From: a virus
Virus record (IMG/VR): IMGVR_UViG_3300043446_003867
Coordinates: 25,082 to 89,081 of that record
DNA length: 64,000 nt
Reading direction: 5' to 3' (one strand)
In this document: one piece after another, positions 42,028 through 52,728 of the stretch
How the letters are laid out: each line of letters opens with the position of its first letter
Position numbering within the stretch: the stretch's first letter is position 1
Program-made: the position numbers and the translations under genes
Notes under the pieces: model-generated
Told to the model about the DNA's origin: nothing
Database searches by the model: none
What the model saw: the letters and a program-made list of their open reading frames with translations, nothing else

Positions 42028-43824
42028 ATGCCGCAAGAATACCCGAGCCAGAGTTATTATCCGGGTGCGCGAGTCGCGTTCATCGTTCGGCTCGACAATC
42101 CGTACCGCAAGCGGTTCAACCGGAACAAGGCGACGCTGCCGATGACGCAAACGTCGTCGAAGTACCCGGAGGTGCTTGACATCGTGAATGAAGGCGGCGC
42201 GTTGCGTCTCGTACCGAAGTCAGTGCAGGGCGCGCAGAAAAACAAGACGGCTAAGAAGGGCACGCCGTTTCATCTCTCGGTGCCGAACATCAACGACGAT
42301 CCGCTCACGCAAGTTATCTCGGGAGTGATTCCGAACACGGCGTCGCTCGCGCTGAATGGCATTCGTAGCGCGAGCACGTTGACGCTTGAGATCCCGTTCA
42401 GCGCGTTGCCGATTGAGCCGCGCATGGTGCGCGGCGTCGGCGTTGAGTTCTATCTGGGCACCGTGACCGCGTCCGACTTTGCGCGCGGCATCGCAGGCGA
42501 TACGCGCGAGGCGAAGAACGGCGCGGAGCCCCTGAACATCATTCCCGAGAACTACACCGACGCGTTCGGACGTCCGCGCTCAAATCTTCGCTTCAGCGGG
42601 TGGGTTGACGAGTGGGAAGTCGTGTGGGGCGAATCGCAGCCGATGGTGCGGCTTCAATGCCGCGACAACACGGCGATCCTGATCGATACGCAGGCGCCTG
42701 CGCTGCTCGCGCTTGATCCGAAGATCCCGTTGGATCAAGCGTTCGCGAAGTACCTCGCGCGGTTCCCGCAGTTCGCGGGCCTCTCGGTCAAGTACTTGCC
42801 GGAGAGTGCGAAAGCGCCGACGTATCGCGAGGTGACTGCAAAGGCGGCGTTCAACCCTCGATTTGGTGCGCCGCAGTTCATGGCGAACGGTCAGGGTTCG
42901 GTAATGGATTACTTCGCCGACGTCGCTGGTGCGTTGGGCCTCATCGTGCGCAGCGATCCGAGTAGCGCGACGATCATCATTCAGCAGCCGCGCAGCATCT
43001 ACGGCGACAGTTTCCCAACTCGTGACGATGATCCGTTTGGTCGCACGACCGAGAGCGGGCTTCGGATGCCGTATCGCATGTTCGTCTTCGGTCGGAACGT
43101 CCTCGACCTGACCATGAAGCGCAAATACACGGTTGCGGGACCAACGACGATTGAGGTGCGCAGCTACGATCCGGTGAAGAAACGCAACCTCGTCGTGCGT
43201 TACCCGTACAAAGCGGAGCGATTGGAGCGCGGCTTGCCGGGATCAATCTTGCCAGACGAAAAGATTCAGCAGTTCTTCCAGCGCGGCATCACCGATCAAA
43301 AGACGCTGCACAGCATCGCGCAGGGGATCTACGAACAGCTCGGGCGAAACGAGATTGAGCTGAACGTGAAGACGCGCAACCTTGGATCGTTCGGCGGATC
43401 CGCGCTTGATCCCGACCTGCTTGATTGCAAGGTCGGCGACACGATTCAGTTTGAGGTGACGGCGGACGCACAGACTGGCGAACTGAACGCGGTGAACGCG
43501 GTCGAAAGCGCGCAGCGACAAGCAGGTAGCGCGAAGGATTATGTGCAGAGGCTTGGGTATTCAGACCGCTTCGCGGAGGCGTATGCGGAAGTCATGCGCA
43601 ACGCGCTCTTGCTTCCGTACTTCCGCGTCAAGCGGATGGATTTCAACTGGGATATTGAACGCGGAATCGACGTCGCGGTGACCGGCATCAACTACATCGG
43701 CGTGCGTGGCGACGCGCTAGAAGATGAGCCGAAGCCGTCCGCACAGGAGATTGCGCAGCGTAAGGCGGACGTGTCGCGAACGACGCAGATCACGCAGATG
43801 GCTATGAAGGGTGGTGATCGTTGA
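42028..43824 (+). CDS. Baseplate hub protein (Mu gp44/P2 gpD-like)
   Basis: FSGWVDE...LQCRD.TA.LID, IEVRSYDP motifs; synteny. Confidence 0.7.
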   Translation: MPQEYPSQSYYPGARVAFIVRLDNPYRKRFNRNKATLPMTQTSSKYPEVLDIVNEGGALRLVPKSVQGAQKNKTAKKGTPFHLSVPNINDDPLTQVISGVIPNTASLALNGIRSASTLTLEIPFSALPIEPRMVRGVGVEFYLGTVTASDFARGIAGDTREAKNGAEPLNIIPENYTDAFGRPRSNLRFSGWVDEWEVVWGESQPMVRLQCRDNTAILIDTQAPALLALDPKIPLDQAFAKYLARFPQFAGLSVKYLPESAKAPTYREVTAKAAFNPRFGAPQFMANGQGSVMDYFADVAGALGLIVRSDPSSATIIIQQPRSIYGDSFPTRDDDPFGRTTESGLRMPYRMFVFGRNVLDLTMKRKYTVAGPTTIEVRSYDPVKKRNLVVRYPYKAERLERGLPGSILPDEKIQQFFQRGITDQKTLHSIAQGIYEQLGRNEIELNVKTRNLGSFGGSALDPDLLDCKVGDTIQFEVTADAQTGELNAVNAVESAQRQAGSAKDYVQRLGYSDRFAEAYAEVMRNALLLPYFRVKRMDFNWDIERGIDVAVTGINYIGVRGDALEDEPKPSAQEIAQRKADVSRTTQITQMAMKGGDR

Positions 43825-44909
43825 TGCGCGCATCGCAGATGGATCAGCGGACGATGGCGGAAGCGTTCAGCTTTCCGGGCATCGATCCGCGCGCGTGGGT
43901 CAGTTATGCGATCGTTGAGACGGTGCAGGCCGAGACGGAGAACCCCGTCGACTTCGATGACGACGATGGGCAGGTGTACGTCAACTGCATCTTGAAGCCG
44001 ACGAACATCCCGTGCCGCGCGCGCACCGGCGGGATGTTCGCGGGTCCGGGCGAAGGCGTTTACTCGCCATTCGTCGGTGGCGAAGAAGTGCTCGTCGCGA
44101 TCCCGGAGGGTGACGTGAAGGGCGGTTGCGTGATTCTCACGCGCCTCAACAACGGCTACGACGGGTTCCCGCAGGGTAGCGTCGCGGGCAAGGACGCGAA
44201 CACGAACACGTTTTCGATGATGCGCACGCGACCGGCGCTGACGATTGAGAGCGGCGCGAGCATCATGCTGCGCTCGGCGTCTCTCGGCGCGATGCTCCAG
44301 CTTGCGGGCACGGGCGCGGTGACGATTCGAGACGGCGCGGCAAACGTGCTTCAGATGAGCGCGGACGTGTTCGGGTATCAGAACGCCGACGGGACGATCG
44401 CGCAGCAGATCGATCTCAACGCATCGCGATTCACGCTGGCCGTCGGTAACGTGCTCTTGACGCTCTCCGGCGACACGGCGCAAGCAAGCCCTCAGAGCCT
44501 CATCCAAGTGCCGTCTACGCTCACGCTGAGCGCAGCCGGTGCGACGATGAACAACGCCGTCGAGCACGTCACGACGACGGAGGCGACGAGCAACGTCCTC
44601 ACGCAATACACAACGTCGATGGCAGCGGCACAATCGGCGGCGTTTGCTGCTGGAGCGGCGGCAGCGGCAGGCGCGGGCGAAATCACGCTCGCGAATATCC
44701 TCACGACGTTGTCGACGGTGTTCGCGGCGTTGGGCGGTCCAATCCCCGTAGCAGCGGCGATTACGGCGGCGGGTGTGGCTACGCAGGCGCAAGAAGTTGC
44801 GGTGGCAATCGCGGCGACGTTTGCTGCATCGACGGCGAAGCCGATCGGCGTTCCAGGCTTGGGCCAGCTCAAGCCGGGCATCGGAAGCGTCGGCGTGCTA
44901 ACGGGGTGA
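43821..44909 (+). CDS. Baseplate spike protein (gpV/gp45-like)
   Basis: G.G.Y.P..GEEVLVAIPEGD...G.VI OB-fold motif followed by beta-helix-like strands. Confidence 0.75.
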   Translation: MMRASQMDQRTMAEAFSFPGIDPRAWVSYAIVETVQAETENPVDFDDDDGQVYVNCILKPTNIPCRARTGGMFAGPGEGVYSPFVGGEEVLVAIPEGDVKGGCVILTRLNNGYDGFPQGSVAGKDANTNTFSMMRTRPALTIESGASIMLRSASLGAMLQLAGTGAVTIRDGAANVLQMSADVFGYQNADGTIAQQIDLNASRFTLAVGNVLLTLSGDTAQASPQSLIQVPSTLTLSAAGATMNNAVEHVTTTEATSNVLTQYTTSMAAAQSAAFAAGAAAAAGAGEITLANILTTLSTVFAALGGPIPVAAAITAAGVATQAQEVAVAIAATFAASTAKPIGVPGLGQLKPGIGSVGVLTG

Positions 44910-44912
44910 TTC

Positions 44913-45215
44913 ATGCCGACCGGAACAGCACCCCCCGAGGACGCGCCGTCGCCTGCGGAGCAGCAAGCGCAGACGGACGCGGCGACGATGCAGCCGGCTC
45001 CAAGCGCGGCGACGGTATGCGGTTTCAGCCTGCCGACGTTCACGTTCAACCTCGGCTTTTCGCTTCCTCCGTTGCCGTCGTTCAACCTGCCGAACCTGTT
45101 CAACTTCAGCCTCGCGTTGAAGTGCCCGCTGGACGAGCCGACTCCCGAGGAAACGCAGTACGGCGGCGGTAAGGTTCCGACGGGCGCGCCGCAAGCGGAA
45201 CTGATTGACTACTGA
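44913..45215 (+). CDS. Small Pro/Phe-rich hypothetical protein
   Basis: Fills gap between spike and next gene. Confidence 0.5.
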   Translation: MPTGTAPPEDAPSPAEQQAQTDAATMQPAPSAATVCGFSLPTFTFNLGFSLPPLPSFNLPNLFNFSLALKCPLDEPTPEETQYGGGKVPTGAPQAELIDY

Positions 45216-45252
45216 GGCAAGACGAGCGGCGCGGGCGTGGTAGGCTCGCGCC

Positions 45253-46038
45253 ATGGCCGTTCAGATCCTCATCGACCAAGCAGGCGCTCCCGCAGGAATC
45301 GCGGGTCAGGCGCGCGAAGACTTGCAGACCGGCGTGCCGGTGACGCTGACGGCGACGGGCGGTCCGTTCCTCGCCTACCAGTGGAGCATCATCGACAAGG
45401 CGGTGAACATGCTCGCGGGCGTCCAGTCCGCGGCGCTGCTCACGGCTCCGCTTGCGGGCGTTACGCAGATCGCGCCGATTGATCAGGTCGGGACGTACCT
45501 CGTGCAAGTCGTCGTCGACTCGGGCAGCGGGCTTGGAGCGACGGCGAGTGACGTGGCGCGCATCACGTTCTACGCGGGCGCGGCGCTGAACTACCTCAAC
45601 ACGGATGTCGCCGAGCTTCCTCGCCGCGAGATGGCGTTCCGCGAGGAGACGCAGCACAACGTGCCGGACGTGATCTTCCCCGGAGGCAACATCCGTGGAT
45701 GGGCGCAGGAGCGCCAGCGTTGGCAGGAAGTGCTGATGCGCATGTACGAGGGGAAGACGTGGGCGTGGGGTCGCGTCGCGCTTACGGGCGCGGGTGCGGT
45801 GCTCACGAGCGGCTTCAACGTCGCGGGCGTTGCGCGCACGGGCGTCGGGCAGGTTACGACGACGTTCACTCGTCCGCTGCCGAACACGGACTACGCGGTG
45901 GTGATCACGGCACGCAATTCGGGCGGTAGCTGCTTCGCGTTCAACGAAGGCATTGGGTCGTTTGACTTGCAGCGCGCAGACCTTGGCGGCGCTCTCGTCG
46001 ACGATGACTTCGTGTTTGAAGTGAAGGCGTTGCCGTGA
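45253..46038 (+). CDS. Putative baseplate/tail structural protein
   Basis: Ig-like N-terminus (YQWSI...GTYLVQ); C-terminal VARTGVG...TF..PLPNTDYAV fibre-tip-like motif. Confidence 0.65.
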   Translation: MAVQILIDQAGAPAGIAGQAREDLQTGVPVTLTATGGPFLAYQWSIIDKAVNMLAGVQSAALLTAPLAGVTQIAPIDQVGTYLVQVVVDSGSGLGATASDVARITFYAGAALNYLNTDVAELPRREMAFREETQHNVPDVIFPGGNIRGWAQERQRWQEVLMRMYEGKTWAWGRVALTGAGAVLTSGFNVAGVARTGVGQVTTTFTRPLPNTDYAVVITARNSGGSCFAFNEGIGSFDLQRADLGGALVDDDFVFEVKALP

Positions 46039-46931
46039 GCGGGTGGGGGTCAGGACCGTGGGGCGCGGGACCATGGGGCGCGGGCGGCGCTACGACCGCG
46101 TTCGGGATCGTTGAGGCAGTCGCGATCCGAGAGAACCTCGTGCGCGTGACGTTCTCCGAGACGCCGCTATTCGACGCGCTTCTCACCGCAAACGACGCGT
46201 CCAACCCCGAGCGATTCAGCGTCACGCCGGTTCCCGGCACGTTCGGGATGGACGATTTGCCGACGCGTCCGGTCCGTCCGGTGCGCGTCGAAGTCGCTGC
46301 TGTGCCGTTGTCGTTCGGCGCGGTGCTTGACGTGACGGTGGATCGACCGTTCTCGCCTGCTCCTTCGCAGTACATCCTCGCTGCGAATCAGTTGGTAAGT
46401 GTGACGGGCAACCTGCTTGACCCGTCGGCGTCCTCGGCGCAGTTCACCGGACTCTATCGAGCGATGCGCGTGCAGTCGGCGACGGCTGCATCGCCGTCGC
46501 GTGACATGGCGAACCCGCAGACGTACTCAAGCCTCGTGAACGCGGGCGTGAACGATCCCAATCTGATCACGCAGCTCGGCACGTTTCCGATCGATGCGAC
46601 GGGTGATTACGCATTCGACGACGGAATCACGCAAGTGAAGAAGCGCATCATCCGGCGCTTGATCACGCGGCAGGGTGCGTTCCCGTCGTTGCCTGATTAC
46701 GGCGTCGGCATCCCGTCGTACGGCAAGCAGCTTGGCTCTCTCGCGGTGCGGCAGAAGCTCGCGGCGGAAGCGCAGAAGCAGATCTCCAGCGAGCCCGAAG
46801 TTGCCGAAGCCGTCGTGAACGCAATTAGCGATCCGGCGAATCCAAGCGTGACTATCCTCCGCATCCGCGTGCGCCTGAACGGGTCCGGCGGCACGACGCA
46901 GTTTGACGTTCCGTTTGCTCCGGTGGCCTGA
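46035..46931 (+). CDS. Baseplate wedge protein with gp25/gpW-like C-terminal domain
   Basis: IIRRLITRQG....PDYGVGI...QI..EP.V motif. Confidence 0.75.
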   Translation: MSGWGSGPWGAGPWGAGGATTAFGIVEAVAIRENLVRVTFSETPLFDALLTANDASNPERFSVTPVPGTFGMDDLPTRPVRPVRVEVAAVPLSFGAVLDVTVDRPFSPAPSQYILAANQLVSVTGNLLDPSASSAQFTGLYRAMRVQSATAASPSRDMANPQTYSSLVNAGVNDPNLITQLGTFPIDATGDYAFDDGITQVKKRIIRRLITRQGAFPSLPDYGVGIPSYGKQLGSLAVRQKLAAEAQKQISSEPEVAEAVVNAISDPANPSVTILRIRVRLNGSGGTTQFDVPFAPVA

Positions 46932-48040
46932 TGAGTGACTTTCCTTCCCGTCTCGACCTCTACAAGCTCGCGCGCACGTACGTTCTCACGCGCGCGCAGA
47001 AGATCGATCCGGCGCAGGTCGACGTCGCTGGCAGCGACGTGAACCTGTACGTCGGCATCGCGAGCATCCTCGGCTACCAGCTCGTGATGAGCCTCGCGCA
47101 GAACGTGAACGCGCTGATGCTTGACGGCGCGTACGGCGACGATCTTGATCGCTACGGCACCGACCGTTACCAGCTTCCGCGCAAGGGCGCGTCGGCGGCG
47201 GTCGGTAACGTGCGCATCTTCCGATCGACGTTCGCGGCGGGCGCGGGAACGATTCCGATGAGCACGCCGCTCCTCACGCTCAACGGCATTGAGTACATCA
47301 CGAGCAACAGCGTGTCGTTCGGCGCAACCGACCTCGTCGTCACGGTGAACGTGCGAGCGAGCATCGCGGGCAAGACGTCGCAGGTCGGAGCGAATCAGAT
47401 CCGGCAGTTCGGGCAGCCGCAAACGCTGTTCGATCAGACGCTTCAGGTGAACAACGATCTCCCGACGGCGGGCGGCGAAGACACCGAGGACGACGAGACG
47501 TACCGCGAACGCATCCGCGCGTTCTGGAACACGGCGCGGCGCGGGACGATCACCGCTATCCAATACGGAGCGACGGCGGTGCCGGGCGTATCAAGCGCGA
47601 CGGCGGTGGAAGTGCTCACGAACGGTACTCAGCCCGCGCGCGCGGTATCGCTTCGCATCGCAGACTCCAGCGGCATCGCATCGGCGGCGCTCGCGGCAAC
47701 GGTGCAAGCGAGCCTTGACGAGTATCGAGCGGCGGGCATCGCGGTCCTCGTTGAGACGAGCACGCCGCAGATCGTGAGCGTGGTGCTCAAGCTGACGTTC
47801 AGCGCGTCGGTCGACTCCACAATCCTGAGCGAGAATGTTCGAGCGGCGGTCGTCGAGTACATCAACACGCTCGCGGTCGGCGAGACGCTTTACAAGTCCT
47901 CGCTGTTTGCGGTGCTCCAGCGGTATCAGGCAAGCGGCTTGATCGTGACGCAGGACACGCTGGTCAGTCCGGCGGGCGATCTCGTGCCTGAAACCGGCAA
48001 GACGTTGCGCACGCGACTCGCCAATGTGACGGTGGTCTGA
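46931..48040 (+). CDS. Baseplate J-like protein
   Basis: A.GDDLDR, RK.AS.AVG, GGEDTEDDETYRERI, GT..AI...A..VPGV, YRAAGI. Confidence 0.92.
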   Translation: MSDFPSRLDLYKLARTYVLTRAQKIDPAQVDVAGSDVNLYVGIASILGYQLVMSLAQNVNALMLDGAYGDDLDRYGTDRYQLPRKGASAAVGNVRIFRSTFAAGAGTIPMSTPLLTLNGIEYITSNSVSFGATDLVVTVNVRASIAGKTSQVGANQIRQFGQPQTLFDQTLQVNNDLPTAGGEDTEDDETYRERIRAFWNTARRGTITAIQYGATAVPGVSSATAVEVLTNGTQPARAVSLRIADSSGIASAALAATVQASLDEYRAAGIAVLVETSTPQIVSVVLKLTFSASVDSTILSENVRAAVVEYINTLAVGETLYKSSLFAVLQRYQASGLIVTQDTLVSPAGDLVPETGKTLRTRLANVTVV

Positions 48041-49914
48041 TGCCCGCGCGTGGACCGTATACGTTCGACGAACTCTTGGCGGTGCTCTACAGCGCCGCCG
48101 ATCCGCTGTATTTGGACCCGTTCTTTGAGGGCCAATACGGCAACGGTCGTGAGCTGTTCGAGGCGTTGATCGAAGTCCTCCGGCGCGTCGACGATGCGAT
48201 CAATCACACGACGCAGGGGATGTTCATTTCGCCGTGGTCCGGGCAGACGGGCGAACCGGCGGCGGGAGCTTCGCGCACGATCCTCACGATGGAGTTCGCG
48301 CGCGTCGACAAGCTCCTCGGGATGCCGCTCACGCTCCGCGCGGGCGAAGTGCTCTACGAGGAGCGCACGACGGATTACGCGACCAACGGCGGCGTCGAAG
48401 TGCTCACGGGGCGAACGTACACGCTGATTGACGACGTGTGCTTTCTGCCGGGGCAGAGCGGGCCGATTACGGCGAACGTCGTCGCGACGCGCGTCGGGTT
48501 CGGTTTCGGCAACGTCGAGCCGGGCGACGTCACCTACATCCGGCAACCGGGTTTGACGCTGACGAACGTCGGCGCGACGATCAACATCCCGGCGCCGACG
48601 TCGCCTTACGATCGCATGACGATGCCGATGGTGCCGGACGTGCTGAGTTCGGCGCAGATCGGGCAATACGTCCAGTTCGTGACGGGCGCGAACGCGGGGC
48701 AAATTCGACGGTTGACGGCGTTTGAGCCGGACAACAGCGGCGCGACGGGCGGCGTTGCCGTCTTCGCGCGCGAACCCGTGCTCAAGAACGCGGGCCTTTG
48801 GGTCACGGTGCCGTTCATCGTCGGGGAGTACGTTGAGCAGTACAACGGCGCCGCGCTATTGGCCCGTGGGCGCGTTTTGACGTTCCAGGCACCCTCGCCC
48901 ACGTCTCTCGTCGTTGAGACGGTTTACGGGGCGTTTGCGGCGACTGCCGGGCCGATCACGGTCGTCACCGGGGTTGAGTCGGGTGCGACGCTGTCGATCG
49001 ATACGATCGACGGAGGAGCGGCGTTGACGCCGGAACTCGCGACGGCTGCCTGGGCGGTGCAGGAGTGGGCGGGCGCGTTCGGTGTCGCGGTCACGAACAT
49101 CGCGCTGGTGGATCGCGGCGAGATGGGCGTGCTTGACGCGATCGGAGCGGAGCGCGGGATCTCGCGTTCGCCGGGCGAGGATGACGAGTCGTACCGTGCG
49201 CGCGTAAAGGCGATCGCCGACACGGTGAGTCCGAACGCGATCCGCCGTATCGGCAACCGCATCTGGTCGATCTACGGCGGTTCCGTGTGTTTGCGCGAAG
49301 TCGGGCAGCGGCTTCTTCCTGGCGTCTATTGCGACGCGACGAGCACGCCTCCGCTTGCGTCGAACTCCTACGCCTACGACCTGGATGGGATCGTCGTGAC
49401 GGGCATCGGCATCGGGCAGTTTATCGACGGCGAGCGCGTCTATCAGGTCAACGGCGGCGTGATCACGACCGGGCGGCACACGACGACGATTCCGGCGGCG
49501 GCGCTCGGCGCGCTGGTTCCTCCGCCGGTCGCGCAGCTTGAGATCGCGAACATCCGCGGTCCCGGCTTCGTCAACACGCTGCCGATCGTCGGCGAAACCT
49601 CGCTTGCGGTGTGGACGCCGGCGGCGATCACGGGAGGATTGCGCAATGAGAATCGCTTCAAGGTCAACCTTGACTACACCGACATGCGGGCGTTCTTTCT
49701 GGTGGGCGTGCCTGCTAGCGATCTGGGCGACTTTGGCATCGCGTATGATAGCGGGACGTGCAACGCCTTCGACGCGAACCCGTACCTAGCGTTCTGCGAC
49801 GGATTCGCGGCGACGGCGGCGGTGCTAAACCGCTCGACGTGGCAGGGAATCAACGAGGCGAAGGCGGGCGGAGTCGGGTTTGATCTCTACGTCGAAGCGA
49901 TCGGATGCTCGTGA
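48040..49914 (+). CDS. Baseplate wedge-associated protein (gpI/J-related)
   Basis: LDAIGAERGISR.PGEDDESYRARV; C-terminal INEAKAGGVGF. Confidence 0.7.
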   Translation: MPARGPYTFDELLAVLYSAADPLYLDPFFEGQYGNGRELFEALIEVLRRVDDAINHTTQGMFISPWSGQTGEPAAGASRTILTMEFARVDKLLGMPLTLRAGEVLYEERTTDYATNGGVEVLTGRTYTLIDDVCFLPGQSGPITANVVATRVGFGFGNVEPGDVTYIRQPGLTLTNVGATINIPAPTSPYDRMTMPMVPDVLSSAQIGQYVQFVTGANAGQIRRLTAFEPDNSGATGGVAVFAREPVLKNAGLWVTVPFIVGEYVEQYNGAALLARGRVLTFQAPSPTSLVVETVYGAFAATAGPITVVTGVESGATLSIDTIDGGAALTPELATAAWAVQEWAGAFGVAVTNIALVDRGEMGVLDAIGAERGISRSPGEDDESYRARVKAIADTVSPNAIRRIGNRIWSIYGGSVCLREVGQRLLPGVYCDATSTPPLASNSYAYDLDGIVVTGIGIGQFIDGERVYQVNGGVITTGRHTTTIPAAALGALVPPPVAQLEIANIRGPGFVNTLPIVGETSLAVWTPAAITGGLRNENRFKVNLDYTDMRAFFLVGVPASDLGDFGIAYDSGTCNAFDANPYLAFCDGFAATAAVLNRSTWQGINEAKAGGVGFDLYVEAIGCS

Positions 49915-49939
49915 TACGGTCGCGCAAGGAGAACGGACG

Positions 49940-50131
49940 ATGAAGTACATTGATGCGCATGGGAAGGAAGTCCCGGCGAGCGAAGTGAAGCGTGTCGGCG
50001 GGCAGTTCGTTCGCGTGAAGATGGTCGCGACCAAGGGGATGCGCGAAGTCGTCACCAACGGCGCGAAGACGTTTGAGCAGTACGACACCGAGATCGAGAT
50101 GCCGTGCGGCTACGTGAAGGCGAAGGACTGA
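49940..50131 (+). CDS. Small hypothetical protein
   Basis: AAGGAG RBS. Confidence 0.6.
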   Translation: MKYIDAHGKEVPASEVKRVGGQFVRVKMVATKGMREVVTNGAKTFEQYDTEIEMPCGYVKAKD

Positions 50132-50135
50132 GACG

Positions 50136-51827
50136 ATGAGCAGCGGACGCAAGCAACTCCGACAAAACACGCGCGAGCGTGTGATCAGCACCGACTTCAA
50201 CCGCGCGCAGGCGTTCGGGTACGGGTACTCGAATGAGTTTTTGCGCGAGCAAGTCCTCGCGCCTACGGACGCGGACTACTACGCGGGCGTCACCTTTGAC
50301 GTGACGGGTCCGGCGCTCGGTGGTCCGATTCCGCCCACGTTAGCGATCAACCAGATTGCTCCGACCGCGCCTGACTACGGCACGGTGTTGAACGGGCTGA
50401 TGGTCGTCGTTCCGGTTGGCGGAACGAGCATCCTCGTGTCGGGCGGAACGCTGCTCGTGATCGACCCCGAGGGGCTTCCGGGTTCAAGCGATCCGTCGCC
50501 GCTCAACCCGGACGACGGTCCTGGTCCCAACCGCACGGTGTACAGCGCGGGCATCAACGCGCTCGGCGTGCTCAACTGGACGCCGTACGCGGGCGCGGGT
50601 CACCGCATCGACGTCGTCGAGTGCCAGCGCACGAACATCGTCACGGAGACGGACAACCGCGACATCTTCAACCCGGCGACGGGCCTCTTTACGCCGCAGG
50701 CGGTGACGAAGGTTACGGCGGGCGATCTCACGTTCCGCATCCGTCTCGGTGTCGCGGCGAACACGATTCCGGCGGCGGCTCAGGGCTGGTTCCCGCTCGC
50801 GGTGATCAGCACTCCGGCGGGCGCGCTAAACCTGGACACTTGCTACATCTGGGACGTTCGCGATCTCGCGAGCGACATGGCGGAACCGAACGTGCGCCGC
50901 ACATCGGTTATCGGTCGTCCCGAGGTGCAGAACCTCTACGCTGATCCCTTCACCGCGCCGGGCGAACTGCGTCTCAGCGGCGAGACGACGGCGACGTGGG
51001 GGCACTATCGCTTCGGCGGCAAGCTCTACGATCCGCGCACGGCGCTCAACTATCGCGATCTGCTGGACGCGAACTTCGCGCAGGAGCCGGGCTTCGGCCC
51101 GATCGCGAACCAGCCGTACTACATCTACGCTGTATTCCCCGATCCATACCGTCGCTGGGTTGGCTATACGAACACGGCGATCACGGGCTACGCGGGGCGC
51201 ATTCCCGGCGGCTTCCGCGGCATCCTCACGGTTTCGATTCTTGCGCCGAACATCGGCACGAACACGCCGTTCCTTCCGATCTCGGTGCCGTCGGGATGGG
51301 GAATCAACTCGCTCACGGCGACGGCGCAGTTCATCGGCGCGGGCAAGGTTGATGGCGCGCTCAACCTGGAGCAGTTCGTCTCCTCGAATCGCGTAACAGC
51401 CGCTTGGCAGGCACCGGGCATCTTGACGCCGGGTGCACTCACGGCGATCCCCGACACGTATTCGTATCCGCTCCTCCCTGGTCCGGCGTTCCCGACGAAC
51501 GCGCGATCCATTCGCGTGTTGTTCGCGACGATCATTGCTGGCGCGGCGGCGAACGCGGTGCTGCGAATCACCGCGTACTCCGGACTTTTTGATTCGGTGA
51601 ACGTGCAGGTCCAGTCGCTTGACAATACTGTGATTGAGCAAGTCGTCTGCGACGCGGGCGGCACGGTGCAGTATCTCCGCACCGTTGAGATCCTGAATCC
51701 GTTCTACAGCGTGGAAGAAGCGCCGCTCTGCTTGCCGTATCTCTATATCACGGCGGCTCTGATTGGCGGCGCGGGTGTTCCCGTGATCTCGGCGACGAGT
51801 GCGACGATTATCGGCTGGTCGGTATGA
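50136..51827 (+). CDS. Putative tail fibre/baseplate-attached protein
   Basis: RERVISTDFNRAQ N-terminus, RIDVV motif; follows wedge genes. Confidence 0.7.
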   Translation: MSSGRKQLRQNTRERVISTDFNRAQAFGYGYSNEFLREQVLAPTDADYYAGVTFDVTGPALGGPIPPTLAINQIAPTAPDYGTVLNGLMVVVPVGGTSILVSGGTLLVIDPEGLPGSSDPSPLNPDDGPGPNRTVYSAGINALGVLNWTPYAGAGHRIDVVECQRTNIVTETDNRDIFNPATGLFTPQAVTKVTAGDLTFRIRLGVAANTIPAAAQGWFPLAVISTPAGALNLDTCYIWDVRDLASDMAEPNVRRTSVIGRPEVQNLYADPFTAPGELRLSGETTATWGHYRFGGKLYDPRTALNYRDLLDANFAQEPGFGPIANQPYYIYAVFPDPYRRWVGYTNTAITGYAGRIPGGFRGILTVSILAPNIGTNTPFLPISVPSGWGINSLTATAQFIGAGKVDGALNLEQFVSSNRVTAAWQAPGILTPGALTAIPDTYSYPLLPGPAFPTNARSIRVLFATIIAGAAANAVLRITAYSGLFDSVNVQVQSLDNTVIEQVVCDAGGTVQYLRTVEILNPFYSVEEAPLCLPYLYITAALIGGAGVPVISATSATIIGWSV

Positions 51828-52201
51828 GCCTGAGCAGCTTCCTCGCGGAGAACGGATACGAGGCCAGCGCGGTGTTTGCCGCGCTCGGCCTTAATCCGTT
51901 CCTCGTGAATCGCGTCGATGCGGGGGAGCAGCTTCTTCCGGCGAGTGTGTGCGTGGAGATCGCGCGTTACACGAGCACGGATCTCGGGTCAGTCGTCGCT
52001 GCGTCGGGGGGCGCGGTGACGGCTCCGGCGATCGCAACGAATGCGCCGACGTACTTCACCGATGTCGGCGGATTGAAGGCGTACCCGGCTGCGCCGGTGA
52101 ACGTCGTCCGCCAAGTCAATCCGGCGAACGCGCAACCGCTGCCTTCCGCCTCGTCGCAGGTGCAAGCGATGATCGTCGCTCGCACGGTGCCGAGCCCGTG
52201 A
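51824..52201 (+). CDS. Hypothetical protein
   Basis: ATGA overlap. Confidence 0.55.
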   Translation: MSLSSFLAENGYEASAVFAALGLNPFLVNRVDAGEQLLPASVCVEIARYTSTDLGSVVAASGGAVTAPAIATNAPTYFTDVGGLKAYPAAPVNVVRQVNPANAQPLPSASSQVQAMIVARTVPSP

Positions 52202-52214
52202 TAGGGATTGAGGG

Positions 52215-52511
52215 ATGGACGCCGGGCTCTTGTTGTCGATCGGTTCGATCGCGCTGAACATCATCCTTGGCTTGATCACGTTCGCCTGGAGGGAATCAAT
52301 GGGCGAGGTGAAGCGAAGGCTGACCGAGACGGAGGCCAAGGTGAGCAAGCACAGCGATTTGATCGTGGCGCTTGATGAACGCTCAAAGGGCGTCGCGACG
52401 ATGCTTGAGAGGATCGAGCACGCGATGGTGCCGCGCGCGGAGTGGGAAGCGCGCCACAAGGCGACAGACGCGATGCTCGAACGCATCTTGGAACGTCTCG
52501 ACTCTCGGTGA
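52215..52511 (+). CDS. Membrane protein with N-terminal TM and coiled coil (possible lysis accessory)
   Basis: LLLSIGSIALNIILGLITFAW TM. Confidence 0.6.
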   Translation: MDAGLLLSIGSIALNIILGLITFAWRESMGEVKRRLTETEAKVSKHSDLIVALDERSKGVATMLERIEHAMVPRAEWEARHKATDAMLERILERLDSR

Positions 52512-52524
52512 TAGGCTGTCACCC

Positions 52525-52725
52525 ATGACGCTCAAGGAAGTGCTCGGGAAGTTCGCGGCGAGCCGTAAGGCGTGGGTGCTCCTCGCAGCGACGATCGGCG
52601 CGATCGCGATGAACCTCGCGGGGCGCGTCGAAGGCGAGAAGGCGTTGGAGTTTATCAAGTGGACGGTGAGTACGTGGCTCGCGTCGCAAGCGGCGGAAGA
52701 CATCGCCGGAAAGCTGAAGGGTTGA
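52525..52725 (+). CDS. Putative holin-like small membrane protein
   Basis: SRKAWVLL...TW.ASQAAED resembles SRKFW-type holins. Confidence 0.5.
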   Translation: MTLKEVLGKFAASRKAWVLLAATIGAIAMNLAGRVEGEKALEFIKWTVSTWLASQAAEDIAGKLKG

Positions 52726-52728
52726 ATC

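Noticed and set aside
33949-49914. Tailocin/eCIS rather than phage
   Set aside because: Terminase, portal, scaffold and capsid genes are present
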